The translations under genes were made by a program, and so were the position numbers. 64,000 bases of DNA from an uncultured Clostridia bacterium (GTDB taxonomy: Bacteria > Bacillota > Clostridia > TANB77 > CAG-508), in assembly GCA_963558405.1 (NCBI GenBank), contig CAUWGC010000006.1, positions 1 through 64,000 of the forward strand, given 5' to 3'. Shown here in pieces: positions 29,580 to 39,904 of the stretch; within the stretch, counting starts at the first letter, position 1; every line of letters begins with the position of its first letter. The notes beneath the pieces were generated by a model that worked only from the letters and a program-made list of their open reading frames with translations, searched no databases and was not told the DNA's origin.

Positions 29580-30968
29580 TTGGCTAACATAGACTTTTTT
29601 AAACAATTTAAAAGAATACATATGATTGGAATTGGCGGTATTAGTATGAGTGGTATTGCAGAAATACTAAAAAACTGGGGTTTTACTGTTACAGGTTCTG
29701 ACGTTGATTCATCTGAAATTACAGAAAAATTATTACAAAACAATATTAAAGTAACAGTTGGTCATAACTTAGAAGATGTTGCTTCTTCTGATGTTGTTGT
29801 TTATAGTGCTGCTATTAAAGATAACGACCCTGAAATATTAGAAGCAAAAAGACTAGGTAAACCAATTATAGAAAGATGTGATTTTTTAGGAGAAATTACA
29901 AAAGCTTATACAAATACTATTGGAGTTTCAGGAACACATGGAAAAACAACAACCACTTCCATGATTTCTCTTTGTTTTTTAGAAGCTTGCTATGATCCAA
30001 CCATACAAGTAGGTGCTATTTTAAAACAAATAGATGGTAACTACAGAGTTGGAAATAGTGAATATTGTATTATAGAAGCTTGCGAATATGTTGAAAGTTT
30101 TTTAAAATTTTTTCCAAAAGCAGAAGTTATATTAAATATAGATAATGATCATTTAGATTATTTTAAAACTTTTGAAAATATAAAAAAAGCATTTATTAAA
30201 TATGTAAAATTAATTCCAAAAGATGGCTTACTTGTTATAAACGCAGATGATGATAATTGCCTTGATTTACAAAAAGAAACAGATGCAAATATTATTACTT
30301 ATGGTATATTAAATGATAAAGCTAATTTTACCGCCAAAAATATAAACTACAATAAAGAAGGTTTTCCTTATTTTGATGTATATCATAATGGAACATTTTA
30401 TGAAAAAGTTGAGCTTTCTGTCCCAGGAAATCATAATGTTTTAAATGCACTTGCAACTATTTCGGTATGTGACTTTTATGGTATTCCAAAACAAATTTCT
30501 GCAAAAGCACTTTCTAAATTTACTGGTGCACATCGTCGTTTTGAATACGTTGGAAATATACAAGGTGCTAGTATATATGATGATTATGGTCATCATCCAA
30601 CAGAAATAAAAGCAACTTTTTCAGCACTAAAACATAAAAATTATAATGAATCATGGGTTGTTTTTCAACCACATACCTATAGTAGAACTAAAAATTTAAT
30701 GGAAGACTTTGCAAAAGCATTGATGGATTTTGATAATATTATTGTTACAGATATTTACGCTGCAAGAGAATCTAATACTTATGGGGTTACTTCAAAAGAT
30801 TTAGTAGAAAAAATAAATTCACTTGGAAAAAATGCTAAATATATTTCTAATTTTGATGAAATTGTTTCATTTTTAAATAATAATATAAAATCTGATGACA
30901 TTATTCTTACTTTAGGAGCTGGAACAGTTACAAATATTGGACCAATGTTATTAAATAGCAAAAAATAA
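29580..30968 (+). CDS. murC: UDP-N-acetylmuramate--L-alanine ligase
   Basis: HMIGIGGISMSG, GTHGKTTTT, DDYGHHPTE and FQPHTYSRT motifs. Confidence 0.96.
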   Translation: MANIDFFKQFKRIHMIGIGGISMSGIAEILKNWGFTVTGSDVDSSEITEKLLQNNIKVTVGHNLEDVASSDVVVYSAAIKDNDPEILEAKRLGKPIIERCDFLGEITKAYTNTIGVSGTHGKTTTTSMISLCFLEACYDPTIQVGAILKQIDGNYRVGNSEYCIIEACEYVESFLKFFPKAEVILNIDNDHLDYFKTFENIKKAFIKYVKLIPKDGLLVINADDDNCLDLQKETDANIITYGILNDKANFTAKNINYNKEGFPYFDVYHNGTFYEKVELSVPGNHNVLNALATISVCDFYGIPKQISAKALSKFTGAHRRFEYVGNIQGASIYDDYGHHPTEIKATFSALKHKNYNESWVVFQPHTYSRTKNLMEDFAKALMDFDNIIVTDIYAARESNTYGVTSKDLVEKINSLGKNAKYISNFDEIVSFLNNNIKSDDIILTLGAGTVTNIGPMLLNSKK

Positions 30969-30999
30969 AAAGGAAATATCCTTTTTATTTTTTTACTAC

Positions 31000-32265
31000 T
31001 TACTCTACTTGTCTTATTTGTTTTAACATCATATCCCCAAATACACCATATCCAGTAGTAGGATCATTTACTAATACATGCGTAATAGCACCTACAAATT
31101 TTCCATTTTGTAAAATTGGAGATCCACTCATTCCTTGAATAATTCCTCCTGTTTTTTCTAATAACTCTTGATCTACAACTTTTATTAACATACTTTTATT
31201 ATTTATATTATTATTTATAAATTTTTTTTGAATTTCTACTTCATATTCTTTTGGTTTCTTTCCATCTAGTGAACATAATATTGTAGCTTTTCCTAATTTT
31301 ATTTCTTCTCTTGATGCTACCTCCACTGCTTTATTTAAATCTACTTCCAAATAATTTGTATTTTGTATTTGTCCATAAATTCCAAAATTAGTATTTTTAC
31401 TTACCTCACCTATTGTTTTACAATTATCAATACTTCCTCTAATTTCTCCTGGTGTTCCTTTTTCTCCTTTTTGTATTGATAATATATTTGTTGTTACTAA
31501 TTCACCATTTGCAATTGAGATTAATTCTTCTGTATCAATATCTAAAATTCCATGTCCCAATGCTCCAAAATTTTTAGTACTTGGTTCATAAAATGTTGCT
31601 GTTCCTACTCCTGCTGCAGTATCCCTTACCCATAGACCTAATTTATATTCATCTTTACCAGTTTTTATTGGTTTCATCTTTGTTTCTAAAGTATTATCAT
31701 CACGTATATAAGTAATTTTAATTTCATTTCCTTTGGATGTATTAACATCTTCTATTAAATCAGCTGTACATGTTATTTCTTCTCCATTAATGTTTGTTAT
31801 CATATCTCCTTCTCTTATATCTATTCCCTCATATGGTTTATATTTTTTACTATCCTCACCTTGAATTTCGGACATACCTACTACCAATACTCCATTTGTG
31901 TATAATTTTAAACCTATACTATTTCCAAGCGGAATTACACTTGTTTTTGGAATAACATTTACAGTTATTTCTTTTACTGGTATTTTACCAAACAGATTTA
32001 AATTTAGAGTAACTCTTCCAGAATTTTGAGCTGTAGAACCATTTAAAACTTTAGAAACCGTTTGAGCCCCATAAGAATATGAATATGGTGTTAAGTTAGG
32101 ATTTGTTGTATCAATTTGTTTAACAGATATACCTAAAATAGTATCTAATTTTAAATTTTCGCCTTGAAATAGAATAAAATTATTGGGCAAAAAATTTATA
32201 TAACATATATAAATATAGATACATATTAATATTGTTAAAATTATTATTTTTTTAAATATTTTCAT
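31000..32265 (-). CDS. spoIVB: SpoIVB serine peptidase
   Basis: PDZ domain, LGLWVRD, ALGHG and GGIIQGMSGSP motifs. Confidence 0.96.
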   Translation of the reverse strand: MKIFKKIIILTILICIYIYICYINFLPNNFILFQGENLKLDTILGISVKQIDTTNPNLTPYSYSYGAQTVSKVLNGSTAQNSGRVTLNLNLFGKIPVKEITVNVIPKTSVIPLGNSIGLKLYTNGVLVVGMSEIQGEDSKKYKPYEGIDIREGDMITNINGEEITCTADLIEDVNTSKGNEIKITYIRDDNTLETKMKPIKTGKDEYKLGLWVRDTAAGVGTATFYEPSTKNFGALGHGILDIDTEELISIANGELVTTNILSIQKGEKGTPGEIRGSIDNCKTIGEVSKNTNFGIYGQIQNTNYLEVDLNKAVEVASREEIKLGKATILCSLDGKKPKEYEVEIQKKFINNNINNKSMLIKVVDQELLEKTGGIIQGMSGSPILQNGKFVGAITHVLVNDPTTGYGVFGDMMLKQIRQVE

Positions 32266-32402
32266 TTAATTATCCTCTTTTCTTTTTATTAGGATAACCA
32301 ATTTTATAAAAAATAAACTATTTAATCTTTAATTTTAGATTAAATAGTTTTTCCTATTTTTAACATTTTTTTAAATTTTATTTAAATTTAATCATTTTAT
32401 AT

Positions 32403-34130
32403 TTATTGACCTTCTGCTGTTATTTCATATAAATTTAAATAACTGTTTAATTTATATGCATTATATTTTTCTCTTCCTAATGCAGTATAATAGGCCTTCT
32501 TTTGTATATCATAACCATCTTCTTCTAATACATCTTCCAATAATTTTTTACCATAATCATATACAACACAATTATAATCTGCTGTACTATCTGCAGGATA
32601 AAAATAATTAACATCTTCCTCATCATTAACTATAGATTGTCTCATAAAATTTATATTTAAAAAACCTGTTAAATTATTATCTTCTTTTAGTTGTTCATTT
32701 AAAGTATCACATCCTAATTGATGATAAGTTTTTACTCCATTACTTTTATGCACAAAATAAAGAGAATCTCCTGTTACATATTCTTTATTAATATTATTAG
32801 CTACGATTGTATAACTATTATACATTTTAGTTTGTAAAGGAACACCTTGCATAAAAGCAACTACACATACATTACTAATAACTTTATCCCACTCTACCTC
32901 TGATAGTACTGGAAGAGCATAATTATATGTTGAACCCATTGCTTCTGAATTATCATTATAATTTGATATTGCAACATTTAAATTAGATTGAATAGAATTT
33001 TTAATAACAGCTCTTCTATGTTCATTAAAAGTACTTCCTTCTTCTTCTGGATCATTTCTAGATGAACATTCAAATATTGGATCTGTTCCAGTATTATTAA
33101 AATCTTCTATGTTGGTATTTTTATATCCCTCTAGTTCTATCTCTTTCATATGATCCTTATTAATTCCATTTAAGTTATTATTTACCCAAGTTGTAAATTC
33201 ATATGCTTCTTTATAATAGTCTTTAGCACTATGATCTGATAACTCACCATTAGCTAATTTTTGTAAATCATCTTTACTAATACCATATGATGTACTAATA
33301 CTATCTTCTGTCATCCAGTTTTTTTCATCTGCTACAACTCTAAAAAAGTTATATGTTGTTGTAATTGTATTTCCTCTATAATCTTGATAAGTAAAAGTAT
33401 ATCCATTTGGATCATAATATATTTTATTACCATTTATATTTATATATCTATATGTTCCTTTTTTAAACTCTCCACCATCATTTGTTATAATAGTTTCTTC
33501 TAAATATTCATTATCTATTTCTATACCTTTATATACAACTTTTCCAGTAATTGTAGTATGATCTGGTGAAAATTCTGAGCCTTCTAATTTATCTGGATTT
33601 ATTAAATAACCTGCTTTTGTTACATATTTTCCATTTATCATACCATAAATTACAATTAGATTATCTAATGTGTAGTTTACAACAAAGTCTGTATCATTAC
33701 CTTTAACATATCTCGCAGAATAGTATATGTATGGTTTTAGTCCAGGTGCAATTATTCCATTATACGTATTTTTATATGGAGTATATATATAATATCCATC
33801 ATATAATGTATATACTAAAGCTGGAATATAAGGTTCCAAAGAATATTTATTTGATTCTCCATAACCTAAACTTGTACCCAATGAATTAAAAAAGGTATTA
33901 ATAGATGCTTCAATATCTCTAATTTTAGAATCACTAACACTAGAATAATTATTTGATGTTGTATTTAGTTGAAACGCTTTTATAGCGTCATGAACTGCAT
34001 TGTATAGCTTGGTATCATAACTATTTTGCATAGCAATTGTATCTACATTAGCATTTACATACATCGAAAGTGCAAGTGATATTGGGACAATGATAACAAC
34101 AAATATAATAGCTAAATTTTGTATTTTCAT
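32403..34130 (-). CDS. Large hypothetical protein with N-terminal TM, last gene of the Tad-like cluster (possible minor pilin or tip)
   Basis: 575 aa ORF with pilin-like N-terminal hydrophobic helix; operon context. Confidence 0.6.
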   Translation of the reverse strand: MKIQNLAIIFVVIIVPISLALSMYVNANVDTIAMQNSYDTKLYNAVHDAIKAFQLNTTSNNYSSVSDSKIRDIEASINTFFNSLGTSLGYGESNKYSLEPYIPALVYTLYDGYYIYTPYKNTYNGIIAPGLKPYIYYSARYVKGNDTDFVVNYTLDNLIVIYGMINGKYVTKAGYLINPDKLEGSEFSPDHTTITGKVVYKGIEIDNEYLEETIITNDGGEFKKGTYRYININGNKIYYDPNGYTFTYQDYRGNTITTTYNFFRVVADEKNWMTEDSISTSYGISKDDLQKLANGELSDHSAKDYYKEAYEFTTWVNNNLNGINKDHMKEIELEGYKNTNIEDFNNTGTDPIFECSSRNDPEEEGSTFNEHRRAVIKNSIQSNLNVAISNYNDNSEAMGSTYNYALPVLSEVEWDKVISNVCVVAFMQGVPLQTKMYNSYTIVANNINKEYVTGDSLYFVHKSNGVKTYHQLGCDTLNEQLKEDNNLTGFLNINFMRQSIVNDEEDVNYFYPADSTADYNCVVYDYGKKLLEDVLEEDGYDIQKKAYYTALGREKYNAYKLNSYLNLYEITAEGQ

Positions 34131-34217
34131 TTTTTGTCCTCCTGCTTTATTTTAAAAAAATAGAATATCTTTTCTATGCTTTAAAAGAAAATATATTCTA
34201 CTCCATTATATGTATTA

Positions 34218-34784
34218 CTACTTTCCATTTACTGTAACAATTCCTGCTGATTCTGCCGCAATTTGGTAAGTGTCATTTCCTGTTACATGATATAAGAAGT
34301 TTCTCAATAATTGAGAAATAGTAACATTAGTATTTTTAACTTTTACAGAAACAATATCTCCTTCTTTTAAAGTAATTCTTGCTTTTTCTTCTGGATTTAA
34401 AACATTCTTACCTTCTAATTCAACATATTTTTCCTGTAATGCATCTAAAATCTGTGTTGTATAAATATTATAATATTCATTTTCACCAATTTTATCTTTG
34501 TCTTCTTGTGTTACTTTTATTCCTATATTTTCGTCTTTAACCATTACTTGTATATCTACTTCATATGAGTTACCACTAGAATTAATTTCCCTTACAAATT
34601 TATCATAGTCGGCAAGTGATAATTTACCTGTTGCTCTTATATTATCCACAAATTCTGCTGTTGCAGTATGTGCAGAAAGCTGAGCAATGTCATCTGTTCT
34701 ATCCGAAACAGCCATAAGTGGAAATACAAACATTAATATAGCTGCTAAAAATATAGCTACAACTGTAATTAAAGAATCTCCCAT
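34218..34784 (-). CDS. Pseudopilin-like protein (possibly TadE-like)
   Basis: N-terminal hydrophobic helix MGDSLITVVAIFLAAILMFVFP; cluster context. Confidence 0.55.
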   Translation of the reverse strand: MGDSLITVVAIFLAAILMFVFPLMAVSDRTDDIAQLSAHTATAEFVDNIRATGKLSLADYDKFVREINSSGNSYEVDIQVMVKDENIGIKVTQEDKDKIGENEYYNIYTTQILDALQEKYVELEGKNVLNPEEKARITLKEGDIVSVKVKNTNVTISQLLRNFLYHVTGNDTYQIAAESAGIVTVNGK

Positions 34785-34822
34785 TTTTAATTTCCTCCTA
34801 TTTATAAAATCTATTAAGAACC

Positions 34823-35632
34823 TTAGTTAGTAATTAATGTATATGTAATTATCCTTTTTTTCTTTGGTTTCAACAGATTTACAATTTGTCCATCTACATC
34901 TATAACTGTACTAGTATCAGTGGTTTCATAATCAATAATAGGGTTACCATCTGGTCCAAGTATAACTTCTCCATTTTCATCCCTCTTATACACGATTTCA
35001 CCAGATGCATATTCACCTAATGTTTCTACAAATTGGTATTTTTTTGTTTTGCAAGCTTCATAAAAGCCCATTCCAGTATTATTAAAATTATTATAATCCA
35101 CCCATACAGCAGGTTCTCCAGCACTATTTGTCTGGTACACATATTTTCCCCCTGTGATAAAGGCATCTAAATTTAATTTTATATCTTTTACATTTCCTGC
35201 CCATGGTTCATGTCTTTTGTTTTCATCATCTAGGTCAAATGCAAAAATACGAAGACTATCTGGATCATGTCTATTTTCATAATTATAATATGTATTGTTC
35301 CAATTATCAGGATTTGTTTTCGTGGTATAAATATATAAATTCCCAATTGTTTCTAAAGTACCATCTTCATTTAGTTTTCCAGTTTTAAATTGTACTGTAT
35401 AATTTTCTTTGTAATATCTATACAAAGTAGGGATTATTGTTTCAACCCCTACTACTCTGCTTTTATTTTTACTTGCTTCTACATATTCATAATAGTTTGT
35501 GTTGTCTTTACTATATAATAAAATATCTGATGTTTCTCTTGCTTTTGTAAATGCAAATATACTAATACCTAGAGCTCCTACAAAAAAGAGGGCAGCAAAT
35601 GCTATTTTTAAAGCATCTACAGCATTTTCCAT
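34823..35632 (-). CDS. Pilin-like protein (MENA-family N-terminus)
   Basis: MENAVDALKIAFAALFFVGALG, homologous to neighbours. Confidence 0.6.
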   Translation of the reverse strand: MENAVDALKIAFAALFFVGALGISIFAFTKARETSDILLYSKDNTNYYEYVEASKNKSRVVGVETIIPTLYRYYKENYTVQFKTGKLNEDGTLETIGNLYIYTTKTNPDNWNNTYYNYENRHDPDSLRIFAFDLDDENKRHEPWAGNVKDIKLNLDAFITGGKYVYQTNSAGEPAVWVDYNNFNNTGMGFYEACKTKKYQFVETLGEYASGEIVYKRDENGEVILGPDGNPIIDYETTDTSTVIDVDGQIVNLLKPKKKRIITYTLITN

Positions 35633-35668
35633 AATTATTCATTCCTTTTTGTTTTAAGCTTTATTAAT

Positions 35669-36112
35669 TTAATTTGATCCTGTTTTTCTTTCAATACCTG
35701 CTTGTGTGATTAAACCAGATTGTGGATCAACCGCAAATGTTACTGTATATGTATATCCAGACTTAATAGTAGTTTTAACAGCATTAATACTTGCTTTTGT
35801 AACAGCATCAGTTGGTGCTTCAAAATTTTCTGGTGCAGTACCTGAAATTACAGATATTTGTTTTGAAGGGTCATCAATATTTGTATTGTTATGGCTAATA
35901 ATAGTTTCTATTAATGATTGAACATTAGAACCTCTTTGTGTTCCTTGGTATGCTAAAAATGGAGCATTATATGTTTGTACTTGTTGTGCATCCATATTTG
36001 CAGATTTTTTTACATTATCTGCTTGTTGATAAATATACATACCTAATCCTATAATCATAATTGAAAGTAATATTGCACCTGCAATAATTAATGCTTTTGA
36101 CGCATTCTCCAT
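35669..36112 (-). CDS. Pilin-like protein (MENASKAL family)
   Basis: MENASKALIIAGAILLSIMIIGLG; strong SD. Confidence 0.65.
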   Translation of the reverse strand: MENASKALIIAGAILLSIMIIGLGMYIYQQADNVKKSANMDAQQVQTYNAPFLAYQGTQRGSNVQSLIETIISHNNTNIDDPSKQISVISGTAPENFEAPTDAVTKASINAVKTTIKSGYTYTVTFAVDPQSGLITQAGIERKTGSN

Positions 36113-36186
36113 AAAAAATTCCTCCTTATTCTTTTGATTATTATATTTTTTACTAAGATTTTAAATCTTAATATTAATAACACAGT

Positions 36187-36615
36187 TTAAATTTGCTCAA
36201 AATAAATATATTTTACAAGATTTGTTTTTTCGTGATATTCAATTTTTGTACATTTAAATGCTTGTGAACTATAATTTTTAGCAAAATTTTCTATTCCTGA
36301 AGAATAGATTTTTTCTATTAAATATGTTTTGTTATTATCTTTAAAGTATATTTGTGCTTTAATAGAATTTGTATCATTTTCGATGTACTCGTTTTTTTCA
36401 TCCTTTTGTATATTATTTTTTTTGTTATCATCAACTATTTGATTAATTATGCTTATTAACTCTGTACCTCGAAATGATTTACCATCATATTTTTGATATT
36501 TTTGGTTTATTTCTGCAATTTTATTTAAATTTGATTGATAATTATAATATAAATAAAAACTTATACTCAAAAGTAAACCAAATATAATTATTGTAATTAA
36601 TATTAGTTTTTTCAT
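36187..36615 (-). CDS. Pilin-like paralogue with divergent N-terminus
   Basis: Shares G.ELISIIN and FKCTKIEY-type segments with 37241-37765. Confidence 0.55.
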   Translation of the reverse strand: MKKLILITIIIFGLLLSISFYLYYNYQSNLNKIAEINQKYQKYDGKSFRGTELISIINQIVDDNKKNNIQKDEKNEYIENDTNSIKAQIYFKDNNKTYLIEKIYSSGIENFAKNYSSQAFKCTKIEYHEKTNLVKYIYFEQI

Positions 36616-36691
36616 TTTATATCCTCTATACAAAATTATAACATTTATCTACATTATATGCAATCTTTTTTAATTGTTTTTGTTTGGTAAT

Positions 36692-37208
36692 TTATCTTAT
36701 TTTTTCAAATTCAATTGAATAAACTCTTTTAGTAATTTTACTTATATTTATTTTTTTACATCTATATAATATTTGACTGTTTTCTTTTTGTTTGTCATAA
36801 GAATTATGTTCTATTATTTCTGTATAATTTAACATTGGATTTCCATTTTTATCTATTAATGTTAGATCTTCTTTTCTGTTCGAAGATGTACTTGTTGAAA
36901 AGTTTGCAATTACCTGTACATATAATGTTGCTTCATTTCCAGAATCATTATTAGATAATTCATATTTTTTATTATTTTCAATTGCAAAATTAGCCAACGT
37001 GATAATATCATGTATTGTTACATTATCTGAATTTTCATATTTTAAAAATTTTTGATTAAATGAATTTATCTGTACTTTTTCTTTGTCTAATTCAACTTCT
37101 TTTGCATAATTTCCAAAAATAAGAAAAAGAAAAGTACCAATGCCAATAACCATTACTCCGAAGAAGTACAGCCGCTGCTATTAATAAAGCCTTTGATGCA
37201 TTTTCCAT
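36692..37208 (-). CDS. Pilin-like protein (MENASKAL family), about 171 aa, needs +1 shift at CGG 37160-37158
   Basis: MENASKALLIAAAVLL then +1 frame GVMVIGIGTF aligns without gaps to the paralogue MENASKALLIAAGVLIAIMTISGL. Confidence 0.8.
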
Positions 37209-37240
37209 TGTCCTTTTCCCTTCCTTTCTTTTAATTAATT

Positions 37241-37765
37241 TTACTTTTTAATTTGATAATTTGGATCTGTTGGATCAATTTCTATAAAAGACATTTTATT
37301 TATTCTTCCAGTCTCATCATTATATTCTACAGATGTACACTTAAATAATTTTCTTTTTAGTTCCGTAAGTTGACCGTCAACTTTTCCTGCTTGATCAAAT
37401 TTTGCTTTAAACTCTGCTATTGTGCTATATGTTGTTCCATTTTTTTTACTATTATAAAAATCATCTACTATAGTAAATGTAACACTCATATCCATAACAT
37501 AATTTTGTTCATCAATTCTTGTATATTTTTCATTATTGTCTAACATTTTATTCATTACAGATATAATTTGTCCTCCATATAAATCTCTTCTATTATATGC
37601 TTCATATTCTCTATTAAACTCTGCCAATTGCTTAGTTCTTAGTGATTCTTGTTCTGTTTGTGATACTTCAGATAACTTATTGAACATTAAAACTAAACCA
37701 GATATAGTCATGATAGCAATTAAAACTCCAGCTGCTATTAATAGTGCCTTTGATGCATTTTCCAT
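37241..37765 (-). CDS. Pilin-like protein (MENASKAL family)
   Basis: GGAGG SD and N-terminal hydrophobic helix, directly after the platform gene. Confidence 0.65.
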   Translation of the reverse strand: MENASKALLIAAGVLIAIMTISGLVLMFNKLSEVSQTEQESLRTKQLAEFNREYEAYNRRDLYGGQIISVMNKMLDNNEKYTRIDEQNYVMDMSVTFTIVDDFYNSKKNGTTYSTIAEFKAKFDQAGKVDGQLTELKRKLFKCTSVEYNDETGRINKMSFIEIDPTDPNYQIKK

Positions 37766-37790
37766 GTTTATTTACCTCCTTAAACTACTA

Positions 37791-39872
37791 TTATTTCATT
37801 GCTGCCATTGCATTCATAGACTCTGACATACTTATAATACCAATAAATACTAATGGAATAATTAAGTATCCTACAAATAATATAATCATTGGAGCAAATC
37901 CAATTGCCTTACCTAACATTCCCTTTCTAGAAATTAATCTATCATTTGATTCTTTTCTTTTTTCTTGATAATATGCTCTTTCTGAATCTAATTCATCAAA
38001 AGCATCTTTAATAGGTATTTTTTCTACTGCAGCTTGAAGACTTTCTATAATACGAACTAATTCTTGGTAACTTATATCTTCTTTCATAGCCTCTAATGCT
38101 TCCCATGGACCACTTTCGTAATTATTAACACACTTGCTTATAGGTTCTTTAAAGATATTTGCATATCTTTCTAACCATTCAAGAATAATTTCAACGTTTA
38201 CTCTTTCAATTTTCATAAGCATCATAATAATTGTTTGGAACTGCATTACTTCATTTTCCATTTCCATTTGTCTCATCTTTAATTGAAATTTTAAAAGTAA
38301 AATTGGAGACATATATCCTATTACACCAAATACCATTGCCAATAACACTTCAAACCATTTCATGTATTCAGTATTAATTATTTTAAGTTTATCCATAACC
38401 CTTGCAGCTGCTGTATCAATTTCCTCATCTGTAGACTTTTTATAATAAGGAGAACGCTTCATTTCATATTTGATTTGTTCTATTGTAGTATCTTGTTTTC
38501 CTCTAAATTTATTTAAAAAGTAATTATCTTGTTCCGTTGTTTCCATTGCCTTCTTTTTATCTTTTGGATCCATTTGTCCAATAATATTATAATCTGCTGT
38601 TGGTTCTGTATAAACATAATGAATAGAAATTTGATGAAATTGATAAAATAATACCAAAGAAGCCACACAAGCTGCTACAGCAATACATATTCTGTTTATG
38701 TATATCCATTCCATTTTTTGCTTAGAAGCTGAATCTTTTAATAAATCTCTTATTTTACGATAATCTTTAGTTCCTTTTTTTGGAATAAATAAATCAACAA
38801 ATCTTTTTATTAATTTATTTTTGTAAAGTTTTGCTTGCCATGGATTCTCGGTATTTTTTATATTAGTTACAACAGATCCATTATCTTTTAACTTTCTGGT
38901 TAATAAATAACAAACAAATGTCGCTAATAGAATCAGAACTTGAACAATCATTCCATTTTTTCCATTGTAGAAACTCTCTGTAAAAGCAAATTGTGAAATT
39001 GCCCAATTTTTTATTGGTTCAAGACATAACATAGGTACTAATGCAATTACAGACAAACTCTGAAATACATAATTTAATTTATCTCTTTTTAATAATTCCA
39101 ATTGTAATTCTTGTGTAATGTTATTTAAGTTTTTTAAATATAATGACCCTCCATCTACCTCACGATCACCAAATTCCTTCGTCAAATAAGAAATACCAGC
39201 AAATTCTTTTAGATAACTGTTAGGAGCTATATCATAATATTTTTCCAATTCACCTTCTGGATCATCAGAAATTAATACTTCATAAATTTTTTCTGCCTGT
39301 CTTGACATTTCTGGTGTATCATCATCTTGAGCTACTTGATAAATTGCCTCTTCTACCATATTGTACTCATGATAAGCATGACGAATTTCAGAGAAGAAAC
39401 CAATTTGCTGTTTTAATAGTTCACTATCAATTTTATCTACCCTACCATCAATAAATGTATCTACCATAAATACAGTAAATATAAGTAATATTACTCTTAA
39501 TAGAGTATTTCCACCTGTTAACGCAAAAATAGCTATAATAATTGGTACTAAAGTTATTAATGTTCTTGTTAATATCTTAGAACTTTGTGTTCTGGTTATA
39601 TATTCATCATCTAGGTTAATAATCTCAAGTCTTCTTCTTATTTTTAAAAGGTATCTTCTAATGAACGGAGTTCTTAAATAAAATACATACAACTTTTGAT
39701 ATATTACTTCTGTTGAAAATGTTTTTGCTTTAGTTCCCTCTCTTAACTGTTGTATATGCTTTACTTCTGCCGTATTTTGTTTTTTCATAAGTATCATATA
39801 TGCTATAATTACTATAAAAAACAAACTTCCTGCTCCAACCATCATGAACATTATTATGTTATTATCACCCAT
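37791..39872 (-). CDS. TadB/TadC-like inner-membrane platform protein (apparently fused)
   Basis: 693 aa multi-TM protein with two T2SSF-like cytoplasmic helical regions, directly after the ATPase. Confidence 0.65.
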   Translation of the reverse strand: MGDNNIIMFMMVGAGSLFFIVIIAYMILMKKQNTAEVKHIQQLREGTKAKTFSTEVIYQKLYVFYLRTPFIRRYLLKIRRRLEIINLDDEYITRTQSSKILTRTLITLVPIIIAIFALTGGNTLLRVILLIFTVFMVDTFIDGRVDKIDSELLKQQIGFFSEIRHAYHEYNMVEEAIYQVAQDDDTPEMSRQAEKIYEVLISDDPEGELEKYYDIAPNSYLKEFAGISYLTKEFGDREVDGGSLYLKNLNNITQELQLELLKRDKLNYVFQSLSVIALVPMLCLEPIKNWAISQFAFTESFYNGKNGMIVQVLILLATFVCYLLTRKLKDNGSVVTNIKNTENPWQAKLYKNKLIKRFVDLFIPKKGTKDYRKIRDLLKDSASKQKMEWIYINRICIAVAACVASLVLFYQFHQISIHYVYTEPTADYNIIGQMDPKDKKKAMETTEQDNYFLNKFRGKQDTTIEQIKYEMKRSPYYKKSTDEEIDTAAARVMDKLKIINTEYMKWFEVLLAMVFGVIGYMSPILLLKFQLKMRQMEMENEVMQFQTIIMMLMKIERVNVEIILEWLERYANIFKEPISKCVNNYESGPWEALEAMKEDISYQELVRIIESLQAAVEKIPIKDAFDELDSERAYYQEKRKESNDRLISRKGMLGKAIGFAPMIILFVGYLIIPLVFIGIISMSESMNAMAAMK

Positions 39873-39904
39873 TTAGCTCTAGCACCTCCTCTTATTGCTT
39901 ATAA

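Noticed and set aside
1275-32265. spo0A separated from spoIVB by about 29 kb
   Set aside because: Differs from the common spoIVB-spo0A adjacency but is ordinary rearrangement with no visible mechanism
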